Origin: Phormidesmis sp.
GTDB lineage: Bacteria > Cyanobacteriota > Cyanobacteriia > Leptolyngbyales > Leptolyngbyaceae
Direction of reading: 5' to 3'
Assembly (NCBI GenBank): GCA_965248535.1
Contig: CBDFJR010000005.1
Location: forward strand, 2,048,001 to 2,112,000
Length of the DNA: 64,000 nt
A program made the position numbers and the translations under genes. Under the pieces are notes generated by a model. That model ran no database searches. It was not told the origin of the DNA and saw nothing but the letters and a program-made list of their open reading frames with translations. The number at the start of each line of letters is the position of its first letter. The first letter of the stretch is position 1. Shown one piece after another: positions 50,879 to 59,915 of this stretch.

Positions 50879-51268
50879 ATGAGCTTTTTATCGACTGTGA
50901 TCCCGCTTGCGGACGATCGCTCCCTACAGCCTCCTCATGTTGATGCTGTTTTGGGCATCGCTATTTTTGATCTAAATGGGCTGCCTACCGCCTATCTTAA
51001 AACCGAAGAAATGCCAAACATGAACTGGATTCAGACCGCATTTCAAGCGTTAGGGCTGCGGTTGCTGTTTGCCTCGATCACACCCGACGTGTTTCACCAT
51101 GCCGTGGTGCAGGGAGCCAATTGTTCTGTGCTAATCGTTCAACAAAAGCAGGAGTATATTGCCTTTTTGTTGCCGTTTACGCAGGGTGTTTCGATCGAGT
51201 GGATCAAGTGGGCACAAACCACCGACTATGCTCGATTGAGCCAGGTTAAGCGCTTTCAACGCACCTAG
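50879..51268 (+). CDS. Hypothetical protein (possibly roadblock-like)
   Basis: LGIAIFDLNGLP; 129-aa ORF. Confidence 0.55.
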   Translation: MSFLSTVIPLADDRSLQPPHVDAVLGIAIFDLNGLPTAYLKTEEMPNMNWIQTAFQALGLRLLFASITPDVFHHAVVQGANCSVLIVQQKQEYIAFLLPFTQGVSIEWIKWAQTTDYARLSQVKRFQRT

Positions 51269-51276
51269 CGATCGCG

Positions 51277-52878
51277 TCACAAAGCTGGACGGGGATAGGG
51301 CTTTAGCAAATTTTTGCCGCGATAGACGTGAAATTTGTTCACCACGACACCGCCTCGTCTGAGGGGCACTTCTCCCAGCTTTTCAAACTGTTGAAAGTAG
51401 GGCGCATAGCCTGCTGCAGAGTCTTCTTGGGTCTGAAACTGATCGGAGGTTAGATATAACCCATCTTTGCCAACCCACTGTTCGGCCGTTGACCAAAATG
51501 CAAAGCCCCGTACATCTTTTTGATCAAAACAAGTCACCGGGATGGGTGCCAACGGCGTTAAGGCCATGCCTACATGACCCGCCATGTGAAAGCGATTGCT
51601 AAAAATGAAATCAGCGTTTTTAAGGGCTGCTAAAAGCTGAGGAGATTGAGCAAAATTTTGACGAAGTTGCACCACATCTACTAGGTCGATCGAGGCATCA
51701 GCTTCAGGTGATAAAAAGCCACCAAAGATTCCATAGTGACTCGGTTTTTGCAGGGTGCCCAGGGTTATGTGAGAGAGGGCTGTGAGTAGCAGCAGGACGA
51801 TCGCGATCGCTGACCCCACGAGCCAGCGCCGCACAAGTTTGGGGTGCTGTTGCTGCCAGAGGGATGCTTGATAGCCGAGCAGAGGCGTGGCGGCAAACAA
51901 TCCGGGCATTGTCCAAGTGGGCAAAAGCTGCTGATAGCCGCCGATCAGGAAAAAGATCAAAAAAGCAGGCACCGACACCCAAACCACGAGCCATTGGCGA
52001 TCGCCGATCGCGTCCTGAGTTTTAGACTTGAAGGCTAATCGGAGCGCGGCTGAGAGACTCACCCATCCCAAGGGCAGCCCGATCGTGGGAAACAAATAAG
52101 CGCTGTGAATCAGCGCCGTCTCCAAGACGTTGGACACTTTATAGCGCTTGGCAGGAATGCTGCGATGGCTTTGAAATAGAACTGAAACCCAATCGTGCTG
52201 CCAGTTCCAATACAGCACTGGGGAGACGGCGATCGTAAACAGGGCAATGCTGACCAAAGCCCAGGGCGATCGTAGGGCAACTCGATGAGGCGCACTGGTG
52301 AGACAAAATCCGATCAGACCCACGCCCAACAAAACGCCATGATATTTGCTCAGACAGGCTAACCCGACCAGCAGCCCGATCGTCGCTAGTCGATAGCTGG
52401 GGCGATAAGGGGCATCATTCTGCGGAAAAAATTCTGCGGCGGCAACCCAAAGCGTCAGCGACCAAAACGCCATCAACGGCGCATCAGGCAGCGTCAAAAT
52501 GCCAAAACCGATCTGAAAAATGGGCGCGATCGCGGCGATCGTCAGCGCCAAAACGCCCGCTTGTTGAGAAAATAATCGCGCTGTGGCTCGATACAAAAAA
52601 TATAGCGCGGCCGTAAACAGCAAAAGCGCCCCTAATCGAATTGTAAACGGCGAAACATAGCCTGTAAGCCAAACCCCAAACCCCGTAGACAGCGCCACGA
52701 GCGGCGGATGGTCAAAATAGCTCCAGTTAGGATGCAGCGTATAGAGATAGTAGTAGGCTTCATCAAACCCCGGCGGCAGCCAGAGAGCAATCAGGCTTCT
52801 AAACGCCAACCCTGCGCCCAAAATCCAACCGACCGATCGAGGGGTTGAGTGGCTCCACTTTTTCAACATTGATTGCAT
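51277..52878 (-). CDS. GT-C (ArnT/PMT_2-like) glycosyltransferase
   Basis: DEAYY, YFDHPPL, LPDAPL, SKY; multi-TM. Confidence 0.85.
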   Translation of the reverse strand: MQSMLKKWSHSTPRSVGWILGAGLAFRSLIALWLPPGFDEAYYYLYTLHPNWSYFDHPPLVALSTGFGVWLTGYVSPFTIRLGALLLFTAALYFLYRATARLFSQQAGVLALTIAAIAPIFQIGFGILTLPDAPLMAFWSLTLWVAAAEFFPQNDAPYRPSYRLATIGLLVGLACLSKYHGVLLGVGLIGFCLTSAPHRVALRSPWALVSIALFTIAVSPVLYWNWQHDWVSVLFQSHRSIPAKRYKVSNVLETALIHSAYLFPTIGLPLGWVSLSAALRLAFKSKTQDAIGDRQWLVVWVSVPAFLIFFLIGGYQQLLPTWTMPGLFAATPLLGYQASLWQQQHPKLVRRWLVGSAIAIVLLLLTALSHITLGTLQKPSHYGIFGGFLSPEADASIDLVDVVQLRQNFAQSPQLLAALKNADFIFSNRFHMAGHVGMALTPLAPIPVTCFDQKDVRGFAFWSTAEQWVGKDGLYLTSDQFQTQEDSAAGYAPYFQQFEKLGEVPLRRGGVVVNKFHVYRGKNLLKPYPRPAL

Positions 52879-54617
52879 CACGAGTTCGACATCCAAAAAC
52901 GAATCACTTGATAAATGCCGACTTGCCTTAGCTGTTGATAAGCCTGGGGCAATAGTTCTGCCTCGTTTAAAGTGCTAGCAGTAGTTACCATGAGAATCGA
53001 TCGCTGCGTCTTTTGTTGACGAACTTGAGCTAAATAAGGCTTAATCTTTGCAGAACGATTAAAAAACGTGATCGGCTGTTGGGTATAAAAAACCAGACTG
53101 GGCTTCTCAAACGAATCGGTTGCCATGACGATCGGTTCATTTGCCTGCCTGACTTGAATCACGATTTGGGCGACTTCGCGCAACGGCAACTGCCGCTCTG
53201 CGTCAAGAATTCCCATGAAAGGCGTGATAAAAAATAAAATAAAGGCGGCGTAGGTGGTCAGACTGACTCCCAAAAACCAAGGCATCTTGCGCCCAAGGAT
53301 TAGGAAAGTGCCGACGATCGCGCCGACGAGCCAGATCAAAAAGCCGACCTGCGGCAGTCGAGCCACCTGCATTTGCAGCCCTAAATGTGGCATGGAGGGG
53401 TCGCCATTCAGCCAGTTAGGACTGTAGAACGTCACCGCCGCCAGCGTGATGCACAACCCCAAGCTGACATAGACACTCAGCTTTAAGCCCCATTTTTGGG
53501 TAGGTTGCTGTATCTGATCGCGCCACCACAACGCCACAAGCACGGCAGCAGCCGGAACTAGGGGGAGCGTGTAGGTGATGTATTTGGTGACCGCGATCGT
53601 GAAAAATCCCAACACGACGACGAACCAGATCAGCGCAAATAATCCCAAATGGCTCGATCGCGCAGACTGTCGCCACGATCGGGGCTTGAAGCTATGCAGC
53701 AAAGCAGCAGGCAAATAGATCGACCCCGGAAAGAAGCCCACCAGCACAATCAGCAGGTGAAAATACCACGCGCCTTGGTGCTGATTGACCACATGGGTGA
53801 ACCGCTCTAAATTGTGGTAGCCAAAAAACGAGTGAACAAAGCCATTGCCGTTTCGCAAGTAGGCCAGCCCATACCACGGCAGACTAATCGCCCCAAACAT
53901 TACCAGTCCCGGCAAGAGCTTGATTTCTCGCAGCACCTCCCGCAGTTTGCCAACGCAGGTTAAGAAAATCAGCACGATCCCCCCCGGCAACACCACGCCG
54001 ACCGGCCCTTTGGTCAACACCGCCAGCGCCAGAAATCCATAGAATCCTAGATAAAACCGAGTCTGCCCTTGAGGATTTTCAGGCTGGGCATAGCCCAAAA
54101 AAAAGCTAAACAACGCCCCGCCAAAGCACACACTCAGCAGCATATCTGAATAGCCCAATCGCCCAAAAAAGAAGGTTTGCAGATTCAGCGCAAAGAGAGC
54201 AGACCCCAAAAAAGGCAGAATTTTGAGAGACGAAGGAGCGGGATTATAGCGTTCAACAAACCGCAGCGTGTAGAAGCAAAACCCTATCAATAGAGTGCCA
54301 GAAATCGCCGACGGCAACCGCGCTGCCCACTCGTTAACCCCGATCGTGTCATAAGCGATCGCCATCAGCCAATAGATCAACGGCGGTTTATCAAACCGAG
54401 TTATGCCATTGAAATAGGGCGTGATCCAGTCTCCGGTCACGGTCATTTGACGAGCAGCTTCAGCAAACAAAGGCTCTGTTTCGTCGAGCAACCCCGTGCT
54501 GCCCAAATGATTGAAAAAGACCAGCCCACTCAGCAGCAAGATCCACACAAGGGGCAGAAATCTCAGCCCTCGCCCAGATTTAACGATGGCTGCGATCGGG
54601 CGCTCAAACCCCTGCAT
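52878..54617 (-). CDS. ArnT-family glycosyltransferase
   Basis: DETEPLFAEAARQM, RFDKPPLIYW, RLPSA, LTKGPVG. Confidence 0.9.
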   Translation of the reverse strand: MQGFERPIAAIVKSGRGLRFLPLVWILLLSGLVFFNHLGSTGLLDETEPLFAEAARQMTVTGDWITPYFNGITRFDKPPLIYWLMAIAYDTIGVNEWAARLPSAISGTLLIGFCFYTLRFVERYNPAPSSLKILPFLGSALFALNLQTFFFGRLGYSDMLLSVCFGGALFSFFLGYAQPENPQGQTRFYLGFYGFLALAVLTKGPVGVVLPGGIVLIFLTCVGKLREVLREIKLLPGLVMFGAISLPWYGLAYLRNGNGFVHSFFGYHNLERFTHVVNQHQGAWYFHLLIVLVGFFPGSIYLPAALLHSFKPRSWRQSARSSHLGLFALIWFVVVLGFFTIAVTKYITYTLPLVPAAAVLVALWWRDQIQQPTQKWGLKLSVYVSLGLCITLAAVTFYSPNWLNGDPSMPHLGLQMQVARLPQVGFLIWLVGAIVGTFLILGRKMPWFLGVSLTTYAAFILFFITPFMGILDAERQLPLREVAQIVIQVRQANEPIVMATDSFEKPSLVFYTQQPITFFNRSAKIKPYLAQVRQQKTQRSILMVTTASTLNEAELLPQAYQQLRQVGIYQVIRFWMSNS

Positions 54618-55460
54618 ATCCTTCACCCTGGTTAAGGATTAATCGAACCCGATCGGCGACTTGATCGGGTTGCTCAACCATTGCCAGATGTCCGCAGTCA
54701 GAGATCTCTAGCACGTTGTCACCACAGCACCCAAATAAACGGTGAAAACTGGCAAGATGCTGCACATATTTAAGTTCCATAATCGGATCTTGAGAGCCAG
54801 CAATAAAATAGACGGGCTGCTTGAGCCGGGCCACCACCTGCGGCAGCAAATGCACCTCTGCCTCGGTTGTCGAGTCTAATAACGACCCCAGCGCCGCCTC
54901 TGCGTCAGCCGCGACAAAATCGACTAATCGCTGTTTTGCCCAGCTACGATCGAGCGTCTTGACCACACTGGCCCGTCTAAATACCCGATCGAGCAACGGC
55001 ACCTGAGTCAGCCACTTAGGGCGCAGCCTGACAATTTGCTTACCCACGTTGCGAAAGCGCTCAAACTGTTCTTTGAGATAAATTCCGCCCCCGCATTGAC
55101 GCAGATCACCCCTTTGACACGATCGGGCAGCAAATCGGCTCCCCACAGCGCTATGCTGCCGCCCAGAGAGTGACCGACCAACCAGGCTGTTTTAATCTCT
55201 AAGCGATCGAGCAACTCCCCTAGATCCTGCGCGTAAGCCTGCAAGCTATAGCCCGCCTGACTCTGGCAAGGCTGCGAGTCACCAAACCCCCGCAGATCAT
55301 AAGCGAGACATTGATGCTCGATCGCCAACTGCTCAATCAAAGGCTGCCAATAATGGCGGCTCAACAGCCAGCCGTGAATGAACACCAAAACCTCAGATGA
55401 ATTTGTGGGAGCCGTCAGATCATAAGCGTGCGGCGAACCCATTACTTGAATAGTAGGCAT
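54604..55460 (-). pseudogene. Alpha/beta hydrolase, frameshifted at 55088-55092
   Basis: HGWLLS, DLRGFG, GHSLGG in one frame; GGGIYLKE...QDPI...CGHLAM in another. Confidence 0.85.
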
Positions 55461-55629
55461 GATTTCATCCTACCCTGAAGCAGATTCGCTTTTTGCCCTT
55501 CGTTCTGAGTGATCAAGAAGTTGCACTACTTTACGTCTCGTATAGGGTCAAAGACGGGCAGTGCATCGACATCTCAGAAGGATCGTGGCGAGCTGGGGTT
55601 TTCTTTGGGCTGTCTGACTGATGGGTCAA

Positions 55630-56220
55630 CTAGCGATCGGAGCGCAACGCTTGACGAAACTCGATCGCTGCGTCGTGCTGGTCAAAATAAGTGATATATC
55701 GACAGAACGCCTCAACTGGGAGGTCTGCGAGTAGCTCACTCCGATCGAGCTTGATATATTGACCGTCTCTCAGACAGTGGAACTCAAGCTTACCGTCTTC
55801 CCAGAACCAAACTTCAGCCACACCCAAGCGTCGGTAGCCTTCAAGCTTGTCGATTCCACCACTGGTGATCACGACTTCAATCACTAGGTCTGGATGAGGC
55901 TTGCGACTTCCAAGGTTATAAGACTCGTCGGGTTCATTTCTGGCACCGAGCGTTTTATCACCGAGAGAAGGGCCGCCACGCTTGTAGTAGCGGATGCTCT
56001 TTTCATCCATAAACACTTCTAGCAGTCGGGTGATGGTGCTTTTGAAGTCTTCATGTTCTGGGCTGACTGGCATGATTTCGAGTGACCCATCGAGATAGCA
56101 AAACTTGACACCGGGAATTGATTCAAACGATCGCTCGATCGCTTCAAATTGCTCCCATGTGACGTTGGGAAACACCTGGGCTTCACGTTTGCGGGGTGGA
56201 TGTAAAACGGGTGTGGTCAT
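55630..56220 (-). CDS. Uma2 (DUF820) endonuclease
   Basis: VTWEQF, YLDGSLEIM, EPDESY, PDLVIEV, LGVAEVWFW. Confidence 0.92.
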   Translation of the reverse strand: MTTPVLHPPRKREAQVFPNVTWEQFEAIERSFESIPGVKFCYLDGSLEIMPVSPEHEDFKSTITRLLEVFMDEKSIRYYKRGGPSLGDKTLGARNEPDESYNLGSRKPHPDLVIEVVITSGGIDKLEGYRRLGVAEVWFWEDGKLEFHCLRDGQYIKLDRSELLADLPVEAFCRYITYFDQHDAAIEFRQALRSDR

Positions 56221-56292
56221 CAATCACAGACCTCTAAATCGAATTCTCTAGCACGTAATATTCTCGGTTAACCTGACCCCAGAATCTTGATC

Positions 56293-57018
56293 CTAAAATC
56301 TTCTTCCTAACAGTCGCTGCTTCACCCCTTCGGCAATTTTCTGCCCCAGATATTCCGGGATCAAGCTTTCATTGGGCCCCAGAAGATAGAGAATCAACCG
56401 CGTTCGTCCTCGCCAAACTAAGAGATTTGCGTTGACGACCAATAAATCTTCTTGCCAAATCGCATACATCACTTTATAAAACAGCCCTGGCTGGTTGTCA
56501 GCCTCAATTAGCAACGCAGGCAAGTGAAACACGGGATCAACATAGAATTCGGTCTCGACCTGCTCTAACCCAGCGTCTAAGTTAAACTCGACCGCTAACA
56601 TTTCTTCAACCTCAAATCGCCCTGCTAACGCCTCTCGGACGGCTCGACAGACATTTTCAGCCGTTTTATCGGTGAGCGCTTTGCCACTGCGAGACACGAT
56701 CAGCTTAATAAACACCAGCATGGGCGGATAGATTTGCCCATAGAGACTCAAGCTGTGAATCGTCAGCCCATAGGCCGCCAGCACCCCAAAAATATCGCTC
56801 AACAAAAAAGACTGATTGCGGTAGGCAAAGTGCAAGGCGCTTTTACTGCCTTCTGCCTTTAGCTCGATCACGGCTTGGCGAGTTTTATAGAGATGGTAGG
56901 CCAGCCTGAGATTTTGAAGCTGGATTTCGCTGCTGACAAATTGCTCATAAAACTGCGGAAACGCCCGATTGAAGCGCTTTAACAGTTCTAAAGTGGTTGG
57001 TTTTAAGCCCGGAGCCAT
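56293..57018 (-). CDS. Tandem ACT-like domain protein
   Basis: NQSFLLSDIFGVLAAYGLTI and ADNQPGLFYKV resemble ACT motifs. Confidence 0.6.
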   Translation of the reverse strand: MAPGLKPTTLELLKRFNRAFPQFYEQFVSSEIQLQNLRLAYHLYKTRQAVIELKAEGSKSALHFAYRNQSFLLSDIFGVLAAYGLTIHSLSLYGQIYPPMLVFIKLIVSRSGKALTDKTAENVCRAVREALAGRFEVEEMLAVEFNLDAGLEQVETEFYVDPVFHLPALLIEADNQPGLFYKVMYAIWQEDLLVVNANLLVWRGRTRLILYLLGPNESLIPEYLGQKIAEGVKQRLLGRRF

Positions 57019-57253
57019 AGAGTGCAGGGAGACGTGCTCGCTAGATTATGAGGATAGAGGAAAGAAAAGGCAGCCGTGGGTCATCAGAGCAATTTAGCGC
57101 CAAATCGTTACAAATCGGAATGAATGCCGTTGAGTTGGCAAGCCTGTGGTTAACTGAAGTGATTTGCTGCCGTTGAGGAAGCTATCGCGAGAGAGTCCGA
57201 GCGATATACTATCTAGTACTGCTTCATGTTTATTACCTTCATCACACGCTTGC

Positions 57254-57775
57254 ATGGGTTTCTGGAAGAGCTTATTTAGTGGTACTGATGCCCCTGCTGC
57301 CTCAAAGGCAGCCCCAATGGATCGCTATGTCGGCGATGAAACCGACGATCGCACCACCAACCGCATTTTTTTTAGCACCGAACGGGATCTTGACCTGTAT
57401 GAGCTAGAAGAACTGTGTGATGCGGTGGGCTGGTCACGTCGCCCCCTGCGAAAGGTTAAAAAAGCCATTCAGCATAGTTTTTTGGTGGTCTCAATGTGGG
57501 AGCAGCGAGGAGCGCAGCGGCGGCTGATCGGGTTTTCTCGCGCCACCTCTGACCATGCGTTTAACGCCACCATTTGGGATGTGGTTGTCCATCCAGACTT
57601 CCAGGGCAAGGGGATGGGGAAGGCGTTGATGAAATACATGATTAAGAAGTTGCGCGGCGAAGACATTAGCAACATTACGCTGTTTGCCGATCCTCAAGTC
57701 GTTAATTTTTATCGTAATCTAGGTTTTATGTCTGACCCCGAAGGCATCAAAGGAATGTTTTGGTATCCAGACTAA
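57254..57775 (+). CDS. Ycf52/NSI-like GNAT acetyltransferase
   Basis: [48 protein letters not shown]. Confidence 0.9.
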   Translation: MGFWKSLFSGTDAPAASKAAPMDRYVGDETDDRTTNRIFFSTERDLDLYELEELCDAVGWSRRPLRKVKKAIQHSFLVVSMWEQRGAQRRLIGFSRATSDHAFNATIWDVVVHPDFQGKGMGKALMKYMIKKLRGEDISNITLFADPQVVNFYRNLGFMSDPEGIKGMFWYPD

Positions 57776-57828
57776 ATTAAAGGTTCCCTATTTAGACAGC
57801 CGGAGTGCGAGAAACGCAGAATTTTGGG

Positions 57829-58239
57829 CTAGCCTAGCACTCGCGCTTGCTGGCTCCACTGCTCGACCTCCCCGATCGCCGGGCACAGATCTCGACGTTG
57901 CAGCGTGGCGACTTGCAGTTTGAGCAGTTGGCGATGCAGACGATCGAGGGGCATTTGGGCAAGATGGGTTGGTGAGGCTACGCCTGCGTGCAGCAATAAA
58001 CCACAATATTGACAGCCCACACCGGGAATTCTGGCGAGATCGGCGAGGGCAACCCATTTGTTGACATGGCGAATCGGAATCTGTAGCTGGCTGGCTAAGA
58101 TGCTCCGCTTTTCGGGGGTTTTGCCCTGTTGAAATAGCTGGAGAGTGGTGTGAATGCCGCAGGCGGTGAGGCGGCTGTGGTCGTCGGTGTTTAAGCCAGG
58201 AAGCTGGTCGATCGACCAGTCGGCTGAGGGGGTTTTCAC
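57829..58239 (-). CDS. DUF4332-like HhH protein
   Basis: IDQLPGL, KWVALADLARIPGVGCQYCGLLLHAGV. Confidence 0.8.
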   Translation of the reverse strand: MKTPSADWSIDQLPGLNTDDHSRLTACGIHTTLQLFQQGKTPEKRSILASQLQIPIRHVNKWVALADLARIPGVGCQYCGLLLHAGVASPTHLAQMPLDRLHRQLLKLQVATLQRRDLCPAIGEVEQWSQQARVLG

Positions 58240-58337
58240 AAAAATGCCTCAAATCTATGACCGAGTATCAGTCTAGCGGACTTTTCAAGTTGATTTCTTT
58301 AGAAACGAAAAGCAAGCTATACTGTCTAAGTGCACAA

Positions 58338-58411
58338 CGGGATGTAGCGCAGCTTGGTAGCGCGCCTGCTTTGGGAGCAGGATGCCGCAGGTTCGAATCC
58401 TGTCATCCCGA
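58338..58411 (+). tRNA. trnP: tRNA-Pro (UGG)
   Basis: Cloverleaf CGGGATG...CATCCCG; anticodon arm CCTGC-TTTGGGA-GCAGG; GTTCGAATCC T-arm; TATACT -10 at 58318. Confidence 0.97.
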
Positions 58412-58444
58412 TTGGTTTTAGTTTTTCTGAGATCGCGAGTTCAT

Positions 58445-59746
58445 TCATTTGGACGGGATCGCGATCGTCACTACTTGCGGCTGGCCCTTTAAAGAACTAG
58501 TGGAAAACGTTTGGCGGACGGTTTGGTGATTGAAGGTCACGATCGCTTCATAATCGCCGAAAAATGCTTGGGTTTGCCAGTGCCCTTGGGGGTCGGTTTT
58601 GCCCGTGGCTTGAGTCCACCATTGCTGATGCACTAGCGTTTGATAGGCGGTTCCGGCTGGTCTGGGCTGAAAGTTTTTGTTTAACAGAGCCGCTTTTGGC
58701 TCCCAGTGTGCGCCTTCCCAAAAGCCCCATTGATAAATGCCCTGCACGGCAGGATGGGCAAAGGCGACGCGCAGCACATCGGTTAGGATCTGGGCCTGTT
58801 CTGCCTCGGTGGCCGCCACTACGTCAAGTTCGGTAATTTTAATTGGCAGATGGAACTGAGCCAGGGTGTCTAGACTTTTCTGCACTTGCTGAGGGGTGAT
58901 CGGCTGGCGAATGTGTCCCTGAACGCCGATGCCCCCGATCGCCACGCCCTGATCAAGCAGCGATCGGATCTGCTGCACATAGGGGTCAAGCAGTTTGCCT
59001 GTGAGAATGTCATAGTCGTTGACGTAGAGAATGGCGGCGGGGTTGGCCTGTTGACAGGCTGCAAACATTTCTTTGACGATGCCATCGCCGAGCCGTCGCC
59101 GAAAAAAGTCTCCGTGCAGCATTTCGTTTAGCCCATCAAATTCGTCGATGCGCCCTCGATAGCGGTGGCAGACTTCTAAGGTGCGTTGCTGAACTGCCGA
59201 TCGCAGTTGAGGGTTGGTCAATTGTTTGACCCAAGGCTTGTTCCATTTTTCGACCTCCCAAAATAAAGCGTGCCCGCGCATTTTGAAGTGATTTTGCTCG
59301 CTCCAGGCGAGGATGCGATCGGCATCGGCGTAGGTGATGTGTCCTTGCTCAGATTCGGTTGAATACCATTTCAGCGCGTTTTCGTGAACGCTTGCGTTAA
59401 ATAGTTTCTTTGCCCACTTAAAGTAGTTTGCTTGATCGGACGGGTTGGTGCTGCTGACAAACAGGCGGGTATCTAAAGCGGTGCCAAACTCAAAGGCGTG
59501 TTGGGTTTGTTGCAGTTGAATTGTGGCGTTGGCGATCGGGCGCTCCTGCTGATCGACAACCCGAATCTCTACGGCTCCTTTTCTCAACTGCTGAATCTTC
59601 TGATCCCAACTCAGGGAGGGAGAAGGCTTTTGACCGATCGCCGACACCGAATAGATCACCGAAAGCGCGATCGTGATCACTAACAGCAATTTGCCCATCC
59701 ATGACCAGGATTTGAAAACCCCAAACCGTAGAACTCTCTTGTTCAT
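58445..59746 (-). CDS. GH10 (endo-1,4-beta-xylanase-like) glycoside hydrolase
   Basis: ENALKW, RGHALFW, DGLNE, YVNDY, GIGVQGH, ITELDV; N-terminal hydrophobic helix. Confidence 0.9.
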   Translation of the reverse strand: MNKRVLRFGVFKSWSWMGKLLLVITIALSVIYSVSAIGQKPSPSLSWDQKIQQLRKGAVEIRVVDQQERPIANATIQLQQTQHAFEFGTALDTRLFVSSTNPSDQANYFKWAKKLFNASVHENALKWYSTESEQGHITYADADRILAWSEQNHFKMRGHALFWEVEKWNKPWVKQLTNPQLRSAVQQRTLEVCHRYRGRIDEFDGLNEMLHGDFFRRRLGDGIVKEMFAACQQANPAAILYVNDYDILTGKLLDPYVQQIRSLLDQGVAIGGIGVQGHIRQPITPQQVQKSLDTLAQFHLPIKITELDVVAATEAEQAQILTDVLRVAFAHPAVQGIYQWGFWEGAHWEPKAALLNKNFQPRPAGTAYQTLVHQQWWTQATGKTDPQGHWQTQAFFGDYEAIVTFNHQTVRQTFSTSSLKGQPQVVTIAIPSK

Positions 59747-59915
59747 GCCTTTAAAATCCGCATTACCACGCAGCCCTCAAGAAAGAATGCAGTCAAAAGG
59801 CATTTCTTGGCGATCGTAGCGTCTTTTAAGAAATCACCAAGCCGAAATTAATTAAGACAAAAAATAACGAGTGTGGTAACTATAGAGAGGTTTAAGTAGA
59901 TGCCTCCTTGTATAC

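Noticed and set aside
1796..56220. Four Uma2 genes as one system
   Set aside because: Dispersed and divergent; Uma2 expansion is normal in cyanobacteria.
58338..58445. tRNA-anchored genomic island
   Set aside because: No integrase or repeated tRNA 3' end was seen.
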